64,000 nt of DNA, taken from NCBI RefSeq assembly GCF_009914755.1, contig NC_060932.1; one strand, 5' to 3'. The notes under the pieces were generated by a model. The model had not been told where the DNA came from, searched no databases, and was given only the letters and a program-made list of their open reading frames with translations. Positions 30,583 through 46,455 of this stretch are shown here, one piece after another (the first letter of the stretch is position 1; each line of letters begins with the position of its first letter). Origin of the DNA: the human T2T-CHM13v2.0 reference genome, Homo sapiens. A program made the translations under genes and the position numbers.

Positions 30583-31982
30583 TTCTATTTACAGAAATGT
30601 TACAGATGAGGATGAGACCAAACTATCTCTTCTATGTAGTTTCTGCTAACTCTAACATTAAAATTTGGATCGGAAGCCTATCAGAGTAGTTGTTTACTGT
30701 ATTGGTAAATAAATGCTAATTAATAAAATATCACCCGGAAAAAAATGGGTGGCATATATCATGTTTCATAAATACTTTCTTCTTTGCTTCTTCATAAAAT
30801 GGTGGGAAGCAATTACTTCTGTTTTATCTTTTGGTAAAAAGATATATATTTTATATTGTGTATTTTTCTCTGTCCCTTTGTGCAAGCTCCATGTAAAGCA
30901 CCTCTTCTTGGACTTGACTTTCCAGTGTGCCTTCTTCCTGTAAGTGACACAAGAGCAGCAAGGACTGCAGGAGCACACAACCTGCCCCACAAGATCCGTT
31001 TCATGCAGCCTTGGGTTTCCAGAGGATTCATTTCTAATCTCATCTATTTTCTGTAAGCTCTTTAATCAGCCTTTAATCCTCTCTCCTTCCTTTGCCGGAG
31101 GCAATTAAATCGTATGTGTGAATGGGCAGTCTCCAGGAGGTCTGCAGGATGGGACCCTTGGGATGCCTGGGCTCCTGGGGTGGGGATGATCAGAGAGTCC
31201 AATGCAAAAGCTGGTAAAGACTGGTTCACTCATACCAACAGGAGTGCAGAGTTACCATCATCTTTTCAAGAAGACAGAATTTCCCCCTCAAGGAAGAGGG
31301 TCTTTCTGACAGAGCATTCGATTCTGGGAAAGACACAGAAAGCAGGAAATGACTTCTGACTAGGCTACAGACCTCTGAAATTATGCTGAGTGATAAAAGG
31401 GATACTGATGCTGTTGCAGCCAGACCGCTGTCATAGGCCTTGCCACAATCAGAGGTGTTAATGACACCAGCCTCTGCAAAAGATGGGCAGGGCTTTGGTT
31501 CCTCTGTAAAGCCTTCCATGGAACAACCATCCACCCATTCTCTTATTCTTTAGACTTCTTGTATAGCAGTTGTGCTTCCCCTAGCAATTAATCATGGGTT
31601 TCCTGATAGCATTTCTTAGTTTATTTTCCTGTAGTATTATTTAGTTATTGACATGTATCTGCAAATGTTTTAACCTCTCATTTCTTAGTAACAGGATCAT
31701 AAAATTATTTATTTCCTTCTTCATACTGTTTTGTGAATCAATTATATGTAATTTTCAAGGACCTCTATAGGTGGAATGTTTCTCAACTAGAAAATCTCAT
31801 GACTTGAAATATAGCATTGACAGGACATCAGTTAGATTCCCCTGACGATTCACAAATCAGATGAACTTTGCTAAAGTAGGGTTATTATTATTATTTTTTA
31901 CAAAGCACCTACCCTATGACTGTCTTAGGCAACAGGGATGTCCAAGAGAATGCTCCTATTCACAAGGATTTGATTCTCTAGT

Positions 31983-32165
31983 AGAGCAGAACCATCCAAT
32001 AGAACTTTCTGATGATGAAAATGTTCTATACTTTGCATTGTCCAATAAGATAGTCACTAGATACACGGGGTTATTGAGCACTTGAAATGTGGCCAGTGTG
32101 ACTGAGAAACAAAAAGCCTCATTTTATTTAATTTTGATAAATGTGCATTTAAATATCCCTTGTGT
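31983..32165. mobile_element. MER3 hAT-Charlie MITE
   Basis: tccaatagaactttctgatgatgaaaatgttctata...ttgagcacttgaaatgtggccagtgtgactgag. Confidence 0.85.
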
Positions 32166-33759
32166 ATTGGCCCCTAAAACCCATCATTAATTCTCCTCTA
32201 GCCCTCAAAAATAATAGTTGCAAAATGCAGTTTAATCCGCAAATAAAAATGAGGTAAGTCTCTACTCATTTTTTCCACTGATTGTTTACAGTACAACAGA
32301 AAAGCAAATCATGACGAGAATGAAGCCTGAACTCTGGGATTGTGGAGCTTGCTAGAAAAGGGGAGCCCTGACTAGAAATAGCTAATGAACCAGCACAGGA
32401 ACTGCACAGAGTGAGAGAGCTGTGAAGATGAAAGAACATAGATTGAGTTGTTCAGTGATGTGGAGCGCCTATCTAGAAAATAATTTATCCTTTGATAGTT
32501 CACTCTGGGGAATAGGCAAGAATGGATCTTACTTTGCAAAAAGAAGTGCTTTTTTATAATGGATCCCCATGTAGAAATGGATAAACTAGCTAGTAGCTTT
32601 TAACTAGATTGCAGATAAATGGAAATGATTATAGAAAGCCAAGCAAATTAGGCAGTAACTATGCCATCCCCACCAACTCCCCACAGACACCTTTGGAAAT
32701 ACATTACCGTCTGAGACAGCTCTGCTCATTTATTTCCACCTTATTTGTATTCCTCTCCTTCCAGGATATGTCACACAGGATGCTTATATTTAAAAAGCAG
32801 GACAAGACAGTCTGGAGAACTTTTCAGCTCCTGCTGTTAACACACTAACACGAAACAGACACTCTGGTGGACTCCCTGCAAGTAGGCTGGGAGCAGCTGA
32901 TGCTGAGGCTTGTCACAGCACTCAGAGAAGTTCCTGTGAGCCGGAATTGTTGAAGCTAAGTAAATTACTCTCCTGCTTGGGTGCTCCCCTTGCCTTACCT
33001 TTGTGCCTCTCTAGGGCTTGGGTTTTGCCCAGCTTGTGGCTGATGAACCAGAACCTAACTCTGTATGCTGAGCGATTGCAAAAATGAAGGCATTCATGGT
33101 GATGATGATTTAAATGGTAACCCTTGGAGACTCGGGTTTGGAATCAGCATCATGAAACTGTCTATATTATTGAATGTGAAAAACACAAGTCAAACACAGC
33201 AATGAATTAAGTAGTACAAAAACGTACAGTTGTTTCCTGCATTAACGTGTAATGTTGAAGCTTCCCTAAGCACATCAAGAGAAGTACATTGCGGAAACTA
33301 CTCGGGCTTCTGTTCTCAAAAGGCAGGCAGACTACTCCGTGCTAAACCATCTAAATGTATTGTAACATAATTAGAGTTGTTCAGAGTTCTAGGGAACAGC
33401 CTGTCAATTCTTCCTGGATTTCCTTTTTAATTTGCCTCGGGAGCATAGAAGACACTTCAGAGCCTATTTAAATAGAGACAATCTTGCACAGGTAGAAATG
33501 TAAATATCCCTGTAAGGCTAAGTGATGATGCTAAAATAAGCTGTTGGAGATATTTGCCAACTGGTTTAAGCTACACATTTGAGGAAGCATGTCCTCTAGG
33601 GAGATCATTTTGAATCTTGCATTTGCCTAATAATTCTTCCCCATTCCTAAATATGGGGAATATATTTTAAAACCTGAGGATTTTGTTAATTTAAAATTTT
33701 TATAATTTTGGATCTTATGACTGAGCAATTCCAAATATTTATTAAATGTATGTGTGCGT

Positions 33760-34250
33760 GCGTGTGTATTCACCAAACAGCATGTCTAAGAATGTTTCAG
33801 CAGCACCATTTGGAAACAGCCCACATAACCTACCTGCAGTAGAATAGATAAGTAAATTGTGGTATAAGGGAATACTATAAGGAATAGTGATATAAAGGAA
33901 TACTATACAACAACAAAAAGAAACAATTATGACTACCAGCAAGATGGATAAGTACCACCAATGTAATGTTGATGATGGAAACAGATACAAAACAGTACAT
34001 TGATACATATTCATGATTACACATATATTGCTCAAAACCAGGCAATTTTGAAGCTGCAAGTCAAGATAGTAGTTAATAATAGATAAGGAAACAAGGAGCC
34101 ATTCAAGGTTCTGGGGTGCTGGAAGTATTTTCTCTCTTCATCCAGACATACATGGGTGTGTTTAGTTCAGAAAAATTAATTGGACTGTACACTTATGGCT
34201 TATATGCTATCCTGTTAGATATTGCACTCAGTGGAAATGTACTGAAACAA
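33760..34250 (+). mobile_element. Old L1M (L1MD/ME-like) 3' fragment
   Basis: aagaatgtttcagcagcacc...tggaaacagccca...gaatagataagtaaattgtggtata...ctgtacacttatg. Confidence 0.7.
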
Positions 34251-36339
34251 AATAAAGTTGTTTCACATTTTAATTTTTACCCAAAGAAAAAAATTTAAAA
34301 AGCTCATTTTACATTCTCATTGTTCTACTAACAGTCAAACAATATAAAACAAGCTTATTTTGTATAATATTTTAATTCATTTTGTTAATACAAAACACAA
34401 CATTGAACAAACTATAAAAAAGTTTAATGATTTTTCATAAATTATAAATTTGTATCCAAGTAACCAAAACATAGATTCAAAAATAAAATAAATAAATATA
34501 TTCCTAAATAGATATATGGACAACCATAGAGAAATACCCTATTCTTATTTAAACATGACTCTGCTGATAACCTATGAATGAATAGGTGCTTTTTTAAAAT
34601 ATTCATTGGTTCACAATATTTGGATAATTTACTTCTGTGTCTACATAAGAAGGTAGTCGAAATTAAAAAAAGAAATAAAATATAAGTTTGGTTTTGCTCT
34701 TTGTAATTTGATACATGTCAATAACCAATTTAATAACATTTTAAACAATACATTTGATTTAAAAACTTTCAAGAGAAAAATTTGCTACCATGTTGACTCT
34801 CTGACTGGTCTTCTTTCCTTAGAGCTCTTTGTCCTATAACAAATCCCCCTGCCTCTATCATCCACCAGATATATGACTTAGCACATCACAAAGTCTTGGA
34901 ATGCTTTGATTTCATGAAGCAAAATGATGCCTTCGGCCTCTTATTTTGGTCAATTTTATGAGGCTTCTGTCTCTCTTTTTATTCCCATTAATTCATTCAT
35001 TCAATAATTTATTCTTAGTACAGTGATAACACAAAGAATTATATAACATTATAGTTTCTCCCAAAGAGTTTAAATGAGTTAAAAGAAAAATACGCAAGTG
35101 ACTTAAATATTAACTTACAAAAGAGTTCACAAGCAGTAGATGAAGAAGTTATATAGAGAAGAGAGAAAAATCACAAGTTCCAAAGACAGGATTCCCAACT
35201 TTTTTACTTTAGCAACTAAAACATGGCTGAGGCAAAAAGAGCAAGATTTGCCACAAACTGAACTCTTCTTCAGTATTCTGTAGAGATATTTTACATAATT
35301 TGATAATGTTCACTTGTGTTTGGAACTAGTAATTATTTTAAAATAAGGTCCTTAACCCAAGCAATGTATACAGCCAAAGCAAAATAAAACACGCAAGCAA
35401 AAACCAGTATTTTATGAAAATTAAAAATGAAGCCAATTTCAATTGTTCATTGCTTAACTGAGCCTGAATTGTATTTTCTTTGTATATTTTTGCACTGAAC
35501 TTCTTGATTCAGTTATTATGCATTTGGCTACTGGAGAAATCAACTTTAACTATTTAAGAGAAAGAAAAGAAATTTTCTGGGAGAATCTAAATGGTTCAGA
35601 GAAACTTCTCAAGCCTAAGTAAGTACTGGTCTGGACAATCAACAAAAAAATACAGCTACATGATCTTAGAAAGTAGAAAGTATAATCATAGTCCTTTAGC
35701 AAGTACACCCTGATCAAGACACTTCCACTGCCTTGATAGTACACAGCCACTGAAGTTGGGTATTCTGCCATTGAAGGACACTTGTGCCATCATTATGGTA
35801 TACTGATAGTAGCGCAGCCATTAAGGTTTGCATCATTTGCTTAAAATTTAAAATCCTAGATAAAAGTATCTTATCAGCATCAAATAACCAACTCTTGGTT
35901 GCTGGAGTGAAAAGAGAGGCCAGCACTGCCTGCCACCAAAAACAAACAAACAAACAAACAAACAAACATTCTTTACTAGGAAAGGCAAGTGAATGAAAGC
36001 CAAATAGAAAAAAATCTACATCTGTTTAATGGCAAAATGATCCTGTCTACAATTGCTTGTCTCATTATTTTTCTCTGTTACAGGTCTGTGTTCAACTTGA
36101 CAGTAGAAACAGCAGCTTATTGTTGTATCTCCCAGTGTCTATGAGAATGTTTGAGTTTGAACATGTAATAGAAGCCTGATGAATAGTGGCTAAGTGGATG
36201 AATAAATTAAAACAATTAGTGAATCAGTTCAAATCAGAGCCAACCAGAACCAACACTTGAGTAATATTTAAAACTCTCAGAATATTCTTATACTTGAATC
36301 TGGACCAAATCAGCATTTGGTTTGGCCTTAAAAATCAAT

Positions 36340-37205
36340 TTTAAAAAAGACTAATACCTCAATGCAAATGATCAAAAAACATAAATGTAAAGTTTATAAA
36401 AGAAGAAATACAAATATATCGATATACATATGAAAATCTTTTAACGTTGCTGGTTGCTTAGTTATTAAAATGCAAAATAAAGTAAATATAAGACACTATC
36501 AGAGTCCATGGAATCTAGTTCAAATCTGGGCACACAATGTTTATATAATAACCATTCCATGTATTGAATATTCTCTTTATTGAATAAAAGAATGACACAA
36601 TTCCAATCTCAGCCATAAAAATGGCAGTAATTGAATAAATTATAAAAGGTAATATTTCAAGTATGTGGTGGGAGGGGAAATAGGTACAACCTTTCTAGAA
36701 AAAAATCTGGCAAAATGTAGTAAAAATCTTTAAGAAGTTAAAGTAATTCACCTGACTAGTTTATATAAGAAATTGGTGCTTAAAAAACCCAAAGCTGTGC
36801 ATAGCTATTTACATATAAGAATATTCATTTCTGTGCTCTTGATAATAGTAATAAGCTGAAAGATAATTTAAATGTTGAAATGATGAAATTAATTAAATAC
36901 ACTCACGGGGTGGAATATTATGCAACCATTAAAACACATTGTCAAATAATATTTTTCACACTATAATGATTAATGGAATAATATTTACAATATAACGTTC
37001 AGCAGATACAATTCTGGATACAAAATAGTTTCTTATATAACATATACACAGATATATACTTAAAAATTACTAGAAAAAATATATCTAATGTTAAGTGGTG
37101 ACAATTTATTAATAAGGATATTAAAGTCAGGTATTATCCCCCACTTTCTTATATTCTGTGTTCTATATTTTCAACAATGTGTACATATTACAAATTAATA
37201 ATATA
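36340..37205 (+). mobile_element. Old L1ME-like 3' fragment
   Basis: ggtacaacctttctagaa...tggaatattatgcaaccattaaaa...tttcaacaatgtgtacatatta. Confidence 0.65.
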
Positions 37206-37313
37206 TTTTACTTTATTCTGTTCTTTCTTTTAAATACTTTATCTCAATAAACTGACTCCATTGTTTTTTCTTTCACATTTTTCCCATCACACCCTTTGTT
37301 CCTGACGAACTGA

Positions 37314-37654
<341 letters not shown>

Positions 37655-38234
37655 TATTCTGTCCTTTTAAAAAGAAGGATTTAGGAGGTTCTAGTCTGAC
37701 ATTCTTTAAGACACAAAACAAGATTTCCTTGTCTCTATAACAGTTCTATTCCTGATCACCAGTTTCCATAACTGAGCTATGCCTTGCATCCTCAGCAACT
37801 GACTTCTCCAATAACAACTGCTTGTCCCCTGTGGTCTCCATTTATCTGTCACCAGTTTCTGACTTGCCATGCCCAGGACCTTACAAACACACTTCCGTAA
37901 TGCTGATCATGTCATGCACCCCCATCTGCTCAGAGTCAGCACACAAACTATCCAGAAACCATATTCCTCTTGCTGGAACAGCTGTTCCAACTCAGACTGT
38001 CTCTCAGCACATCTCCAACAGCAAATGCTAAAGAAAGCTCTAGATTCCCCACCCTCCCAGGGTGCTCCATCTCACTACAATGGACAAAGCTCAAGATGGA
38101 GATTGCTTGAGATTTGAAAAAGCTCTAAAAAGCCACCATTTTTATTATTAAATTTGAACTTGGGTAAATAGAATTTCTTCTTCGTGGGCACTGAGAATTT
38201 TCTGTAGCAATGTGCTCCAGAGCCTTTTAAGAGG

Positions 38235-38470
38235 CAGCGTAACAACTCAGGACTCAGAATTCAGACTCCCTAGGTTTAAATCACATCTTTGCCACTTGCT
38301 ATTTGAATAATGTCTGGAGTAATTAACTTAATCATCCAGTGTTTCCACCTTACCATTTGTAACATGGGCATAATTAATACTTCATAAGATTATTGTAAGG
38401 ATAAAAGGTATTATTAAAAGTGCTTAGAAAAGTGCATACATTCTAGTGAGTGCCACATAAGTTGTAGCTC
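38235..38470 (+). mobile_element. MIR SINE
   Basis: tcagactccctaggtttaaatcacatctttgccacttgct...ttgtaacatgggcataat...aaagtgcttagaaaagtgc. Confidence 0.8.
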
Positions 38471-39587
38471 TTCTACAGGTAGAATTTCACAGCCCTGTTT
38501 TGTTACTACACTTCCAAAGCTTTAAATAATTACCTTCTGAGAAGCAAAGGAGTAAAAGTGCTCTGAATTATATCAGGTATCAGAAAAGGGCAGACTAGGA
38601 AGGTATCATTTGCAGAGGATCTAGAGCTCTTTGGCCAATATGGGTTGTAGACAGTCTTCAGAAAGACAAGAATATAAAGGGAACTATTGTGGCTGTCCAA
38701 AATAGTAAATGAGGGTATTTTCCTGTTTTATGATCTAATCCTAATTATAATAAAACAAGTCTCTTCAATACTCTTACCCCTCTAAGCCGGGCTTGGGGTG
38801 TTGAGGGAGTAGAGGGAAGCTATATCTCAAAATGGTGAAATCCCATCATATAAAACGGTAAATCATGTCTGTTTTCTTTCAGTTTAAGTATTGCTTCTCT
38901 AAACCGTGAGGCAATTACTCAGACTCATTCGTAGCTCTCCTAATTTTTTATTTTTCCATTGCTTGTTCTGTAGACTATGAGCAACACACTTCTCAATTTC
39001 TGGATTTCATTAAATTTGTCATCTTTTCATTCAGTTTCTTTTACTCATCACCTGCCACAATATCACTGATATTCAATGGTAATTTAAACAAATGTCAAAT
39101 AATTTCCTGTGCAAATTTCACCTGATAATATTAAATCAATAACAATTCTTTTTCTCTTAGTTTCAGCCTGCAGCACACTACTAATTATGGCCTACTAGAG
39201 AGGAAAAAGTAAAATAAAGACTTTGATCTCTTAAAAACTAAAACATCTAGTTATTCTAACATTTGTATAAATTATGTTAGCTTGCTTTTTTTAAACTAAA
39301 AATACTATATAATAGGGGAGAAATTCTTTGAATTTGTGAAGCAGTGGGGCTCACATACCAGTATTTGTAGGTCCTGAGAGTTAGCTCTATTAAAATGAAA
39401 CCATTCAGAAGGCAAACTGGAAAAAAATGCTACCATACCTCATATTTTGTGTTTCTTTTTGTAAAAAATTAAATTAGTCAGGAAATTAGAATGAATCTGC
39501 ACATTCAGTCTCACAATCCTCTCCAGTCATTCTTTCAAACAGTTCCTTTAAAGGAAAGCATTTTGTTGATTGATTGGTTGATTGAAT

Positions 39588-39898
39588 TTATTACATTATT
39601 TTTACTTTAGACTCAGGGAGTACATGTACTTGTACATTGTACATTGTTATATTACATCATGGCTTAGATTGGATTCCAGTCACCCAAATACTGAACATTG
39701 TACCTAAGCTTGTATGTTACATGGGTATATTGCATCATGATGTAGATTGGATTCCCATCACCCAAATATTGAACATTGTACTCAATAGTCAATTTCTCAA
39801 CCCTCCTACTTTTTGGAGTCCCCAGTGTCGATTATCTCCATCTTCATGTGTATGAGCACCAATTGTTTAGCTCCCACTTATGAGTGAAAACATGGGAT
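39588..39898 (-). mobile_element. L1PB/L1MA 3' end fragment with internal duplication
   Basis: catcacccaaatattgaacattgtactcaatag...ggagtccccagtgtc...ttgtttagctcccacttatgagtgaaaacatg. Confidence 0.8.
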
Positions 39899-39928
39899 AA
39901 GAAAAGCATTTTTTTAAATATGAGAATT

Positions 39929-40433
39929 TGTGGTAGACAAAAGATGGCCTCATCTACTTTTTCAGCAGTCCCATAGAGAGAGACCAGACTTACTACTCCC
40001 CCTTTGAATGTGGGCTGCCTTGGTGACTTGCCCAACCAAAAAAAGGCAATTCCAAGCCCTCTGAAGTTAGGCCTAAAGAAGCCTTGCAGTTTCTGCCCAG
40101 GCCTGTAGGAATACTCTCTCTTGACTTGTGAGCTACCATGCAAGAAGTCTAACCCTTAGCCACCATGCTAAAGAAACCACATGGAAAGACACAACAGTTA
40201 CACACAGAGAGAGAGAAAGAGAGAGAAAGAAGAGAGAAAGAGAGAGACATGCCTGTCCAGTAATCAGTTCCTCTGGCCTCCAGCCGTGGTCAATCAACTT
40301 GAGGTCTCAGAGATGAGGCTGCAACACACACACTACACAAATTTCAAATTGGCAAGAAAAATAAATGGCTGTTGCTCTATCAACCCACTAAGCTTTGGAA
40401 CTGCTTATTCTATACTAATGGATAACCAGAGCA
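39929..40433 (+). mobile_element. MLT1 (F/G-like) solo LTR
   Basis: tgtggtagacaaaagatggcc...ccactaagctttggaactgctt...gataaccagagca; flanks gaatt/taatt; internal (GA)n. Confidence 0.8.
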
Positions 40434-40786
40434 TAATTAATATGTGTGCATCCTGTTGGCCAAGAAACATGGGCACACTTGGGGCGTAGAATGCACTCTA
40501 GTACCAATGACCTGAGGAGTATAAAGGACAGTAATTTTGCAGCCCAAAAGTGATGAGGACATTCCAGGTTAGGTCAAACACTCATTTATAAGGAAATTCT
40601 TTCTTTGGAGCGGACTCCAAAGTAACAAGGGTTTGGATTGTATTTTGTCCAGCCTCATGCTAGATATATATTTCAAGAGATAATCTACAGTTATTCTACC
40701 ACAGGCTGGCGATGCAGCTCATAGCAATGCTAGTCTCTAAAGTGCTGCTAAAGGTTTAGTATCAACAGTCTTCAACTACTCATTGA

Positions 40787-41108
<322 letters not shown>

Positions 41109-41664
41109 GCTTTTTTAATAAGACTTTCTTTATATTTATTTTATTGTTTACAAAAAGCAAATATTCTAAACCTCAATGACTGATAAGACATATCAAATCC
41201 TTTTTTTCTATAATCTTTACTATGTAGTAAAAAGTTTTGTTTTATTTCTCCCTACACATTTTTTAAATTACCATATTGGCTTTTGCTTTGAATATATTTT
41301 TTCAACACTTTATTCACAGTTCTTGGCTGATGTAACAAAAATCCCAGCAGCTAGGAGTATGTACTTGCCAACAAATGATTTTAAAAATATTTTTCTTATA
41401 AAAGTTGCCAGTGATTCATTTTATTGGGAGTAAATCAATAATACTTCCTTTTCCCTCATTTAGAAATTTGATATTCAAGAATATGGGAAAATGCTAAGTG
41501 AAATGGAAAAAAAAGTTGTTTTAATACTGTCTAGAATATACTATATGATCTTATCTGAAATGCAGACATACATAGAAACACCCAGAGGAAATTTTTTCAA
41601 CATCATCTTTTAACATTTTGGGTAGTAAGATTAATTACAACATTTAATTTTCTTTCAACATACA

Positions 41665-42386
<722 letters not shown>

Positions 42387-42490
42387 CTACAACTTTTATT
42401 TCTTTCACAGTTTGAAAAAGATGTACTTTTTCTTTCCATTTTATATGGCATGCATAAAACAATGAGTAACGTTCATATAATGCCTTAGAG

Positions 42491-42997
<507 letters not shown>

Positions 42998-44496
42998 CCT
43001 TAGAGTTTATAGAGCACTTTCACATAATTTTGCTCACCTAATCTTCACAAAAATCTTATGAGATAAAGTACTAGTGTCCCCATTCTTTGTTTTTTTAATT
43101 GACATAAAAATTGTATAGATTTATGGTATGCAACATAATTTTTGATATATGTGTACATTGCAGAAAAACTAAATCAAGTTAATTAACATACCCATTCCCT
43201 CACAACTATCTTTGGATTTGTTTTTCTCTTACACTCACTTCAGCTTTCTGGCATAAATTTTAGATTAGCATTCCATCTTACAAAGAAAGGAAGCAGCACT
43301 CAGAAACACCCTGATAAAGTCCCACAGTTTGAAAGTGGCAGACAACAAAAGTGACTGCAGCCCTAACTCCAGAATCACAGATGTTTAACTTTCCACTGCA
43401 CTACCTCCCTCTCTGCAGCTCCAGTCTGAGTTCTCTGCAGCTGCCTTTCTTTCTCACTTTCAGGACATCTCAGGCTGTTCCCCTCTGAGGCAATAAGTTT
43501 TTCCAAACTAGTTGTACTTGACATCATACGCTTTCAATGTTCACTTCTGGTTGCACTGCTGTCCTTCTGCAATGATCTGCACTCAGGCCCAAATTGGCAG
43601 TGGCCAAGTCTAGGTCCAGCTCTATCTCAAGTGGTTAAATCCACAATACAGAAGACTGGCTCCGCTGCCTGAAAAGATTACTCATACTTCCAGAATTTGA
43701 GTTTTACCACATGTCAGATGAGAAGTATGGACATAGTCACCATTATTTTTGTGAAAGCTTTATGGGCACTTTACCAGAAAACTCTAAATTATTGAGTAAC
43801 ACCTTGTTAATTCTATATTAAGGGAGCTATGGAAAAAAAAGGACCTTAAGTATATATTATCTGATATTTTATTTAAGAGCAATAAGACATTTAAGTCAAT
43901 TAGGGAGAAATAGCTACCTCAAATTCATGCTGTTTTGAATAAAACTATATCAATTTAACAAGATTTCACTGCACAAAGAAATACTATTATTACATTGCTG
44001 CACACATTATGAGAGGTGCATGAAATCATAATGGTGCTGGCCAAATTTTCATCTCTGTATTAATCAAGCGTTCTGTGGCAATTGCCATCATCATTTGATA
44101 AGTTTTTGGTTGTTGTTTCTTTTTCAAGTTAGGGCTCCCTTAACTATATGTTTCCATTTTCTATACAAGCTGCTAGCCCAATGACCCTTAAACCAGTCCA
44201 AACCAGATACACACTGATTACCACAGCCCATAAGGCAGATTGCAAACATCTACTGAGATTTACAGCAACTACTGTGGGAAGCCCATGTCAATGAATCCTC
44301 CCACTGATGGGATACTCTGGAGCTCTGAAACCCTTGCTGATGATTCAGAGACAGCATGGTGGAATCTCCCAGTCCTATGTGCTCCATGGCTTCAACTGTG
44401 AATGACTTCAGGTATTTGCCTCAGTCCAAAGTATTATAGGCAGCCATTGATTTTTCTTGGCCAGAAGGAACAAGCAAATATAAATCCTATGGTCTC

Positions 44497-44785
44497 AACA
44501 GTCTCAGTGGCTCAAGTCTGTCATCCCAGCACTTTGGGAGGACGAGGCTGGAGGACAGATTGAGGCCAGGGTGTCAAGACCAGCCTGGGCCACCTAGTGA
44601 GACCCCATCTCTACAAAAAATAATTTTAAAAAAATAGCCAGGCATCATGGGGCATGCCCTTAGTTCCAGCTACCCAGGAGGGTGAGCCCAGGAATTCAAG
44701 GCTGAGGTGAGTTGTGACTGCGCCACTGCCCTCCAGCCTGGGCGACAGAGGGAGAACCTGCCTCTAAATAATAAATAAGTAAATA
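44497..44785 (+). mobile_element. AluJ, diverged, internal deletion
   Basis: cagtggctcaagtctgtcatcccagcactttgggagg...ctccagcctgggcgacagag...(aaat)n tail. Confidence 0.9.
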
Positions 44786-45904
44786 AATTCTACAGACTGG
44801 ATTCATGGAAAGCTCCCTCTGGCCTGCCTTCTGGTGGAGATGTGGGCAGTCATAAACAGGGCTTGAAAGGCGGCTACAAGAGCAACCATAATGAGCAAAA
44901 GCCCTGGAATATTTACAGCCGAATAAGCCTTTTCCAGGTGAGGATGAGCTGAGCAAACATACATTTAAAACTCTACGTATCAACATGCATATCTCCTTTA
45001 CTAAGAATCCATATGCCACAGAAGTTGGCAATATTTATATCCTTTTCTTCTGCCTTCGACCTACTGTGGTCTCGATTTGGTTGGTTTGGATGGCAATTAT
45101 GCACATACAAGGGTCTGGGTTACTTTCACTATTGTATCCAAGAGCCGTAATATTTGTTTCTCCGTTTACTTTTGCTAGTAAAACTTCTCCAATTACTACA
45201 GGGATTTACTTTATTTTGTCCCACTTTTTGTTTCTTTATTTATTCCCTCTATCTGGCCTGTTAGAATTGGCAGCTGCTTTGCCCATTCCCAGGAGAAAAT
45301 CCTGCAAAGCTAATGATGCTGGTAGGGGTTCCATTCATTGCAAAGAAATGTCAAACAAGGTACTTAAGAAGTGGAATTGGCTAGAGAATGGGGCTGACAT
45401 TATTATTTAGAGGGGAGGGAGAAGGTAGTTCTGTCACTTCTATGCATTTAAATGTCATTCTTGTCTGTTTCATGGAGTTTTATGTCAAGTTGACTATAAC
45501 TGAGATTTGGCTAGTATGAGTTAATCCAGCTACTTCTGCTGCTAATTTTTTTTCTTGTTTCCAGAAGTATTGTGAAAATCTGAGTTCTGATTAAAAAATC
45601 AATGTGTTTTTATGCCTTACACACATGCACACACATACACACACACACCATGTAGCCTCTTATGCCACTAATTCTGTGATTTATATGGAAATCAAATTGC
45701 GGGTACTGTCTCACCAAGCTTACTCCACAGGTCTTTATCCAGAGGACATGCACTCTTCTGCCATATTATCTTACACACAATTAGCCTCTGCCTTTTCTGT
45801 TTTCTCTTATTCCTCCTTGCTGTCTCCTTTTCTGTATAGAAAATCTCGACCACTATACATACTGTCTCATTTTGCAGGTGAAGATAATGAATCCAGTTGG
45901 TACT

Positions 45905-46455
45905 CGTTACGAGCTGAATTTTGTCCTCCAAAAATGCATATGTTGAAGCCCTAAACACTACTCCCCCGTGTAACCCTGTTGGAAGATAGGGACTTTTGGA
46001 AGATAATTAAGGTTATATGATGTCATATGGTTGGGGTACTAATCTGATAGTACTGATGCCAGAAGAAGAGAAAGAGACACGAGATCTCTCTGTCTCTCCA
46101 CGCATGCAGAGGAAAGGCCATGTGAGAATACAGGGAGAAGGTGGGCATCTGCAAGCCAGGAAGAGAGGTCTCATCAGAAACCACTCCTTCTGGCCCCTTG
46201 ACCATGGACCGTAAGCCTCCAAAACTATAAGAAAATAAAAGTCTGGCGTTTATGGCCAGGCGTTGTTGCTCACATCTGTAATCCCAGAGCTTTGGAAAAC
46301 CAACAAAGGAGAATCATTTGAGATCAGGAGTTTGAGACCAATGCAATCAACATAGTGAAATCCTGCCTCAACAACAGCAAAAATAATAATAATTCTCTTG
46401 TTTAGGCCACTTAGTTTATGGTATTCTGTTATGGTAGCCCAAGGAGACTAATATA
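45905..46455 (+). mobile_element. MLT1B-like solo LTR, split by a FLAM
   Basis: gttacgagctgaattttgtcctccaaaaatgcatatgttgaagccctaa...ggcatctgcaagccaggaagagagg...gttatggtagcccaaggagactaatata; flanks gtact/gtgct. Confidence 0.85.
46254..46393 (+). mobile_element. FLAM / Alu left monomer
   Basis: ggccaggcgttgttgctcacatctgtaatccc...aggagtttgagacca...catagtgaaatcctg. Confidence 0.85.

Noticed and set aside
36055-36090. Plus-strand acceptor-like tracts (also about 38882, 45564, 58062, 63811, 63946)
   Set aside because: Polypyrimidine+AG motifs are common in T-rich DNA; I could not pair them into a consistent exon chain or reading frame
44076-44087. 12-bp palindrome tggcaattgcca
   Set aside because: Several palindromes of this length are expected by chance in 64 kb
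44985-45410. 141-aa hydrophobic ORF
   Set aside because: No recognisable family; hydrophobicity follows from T-rich DNA; length is within chance for a 64-kb six-frame scan
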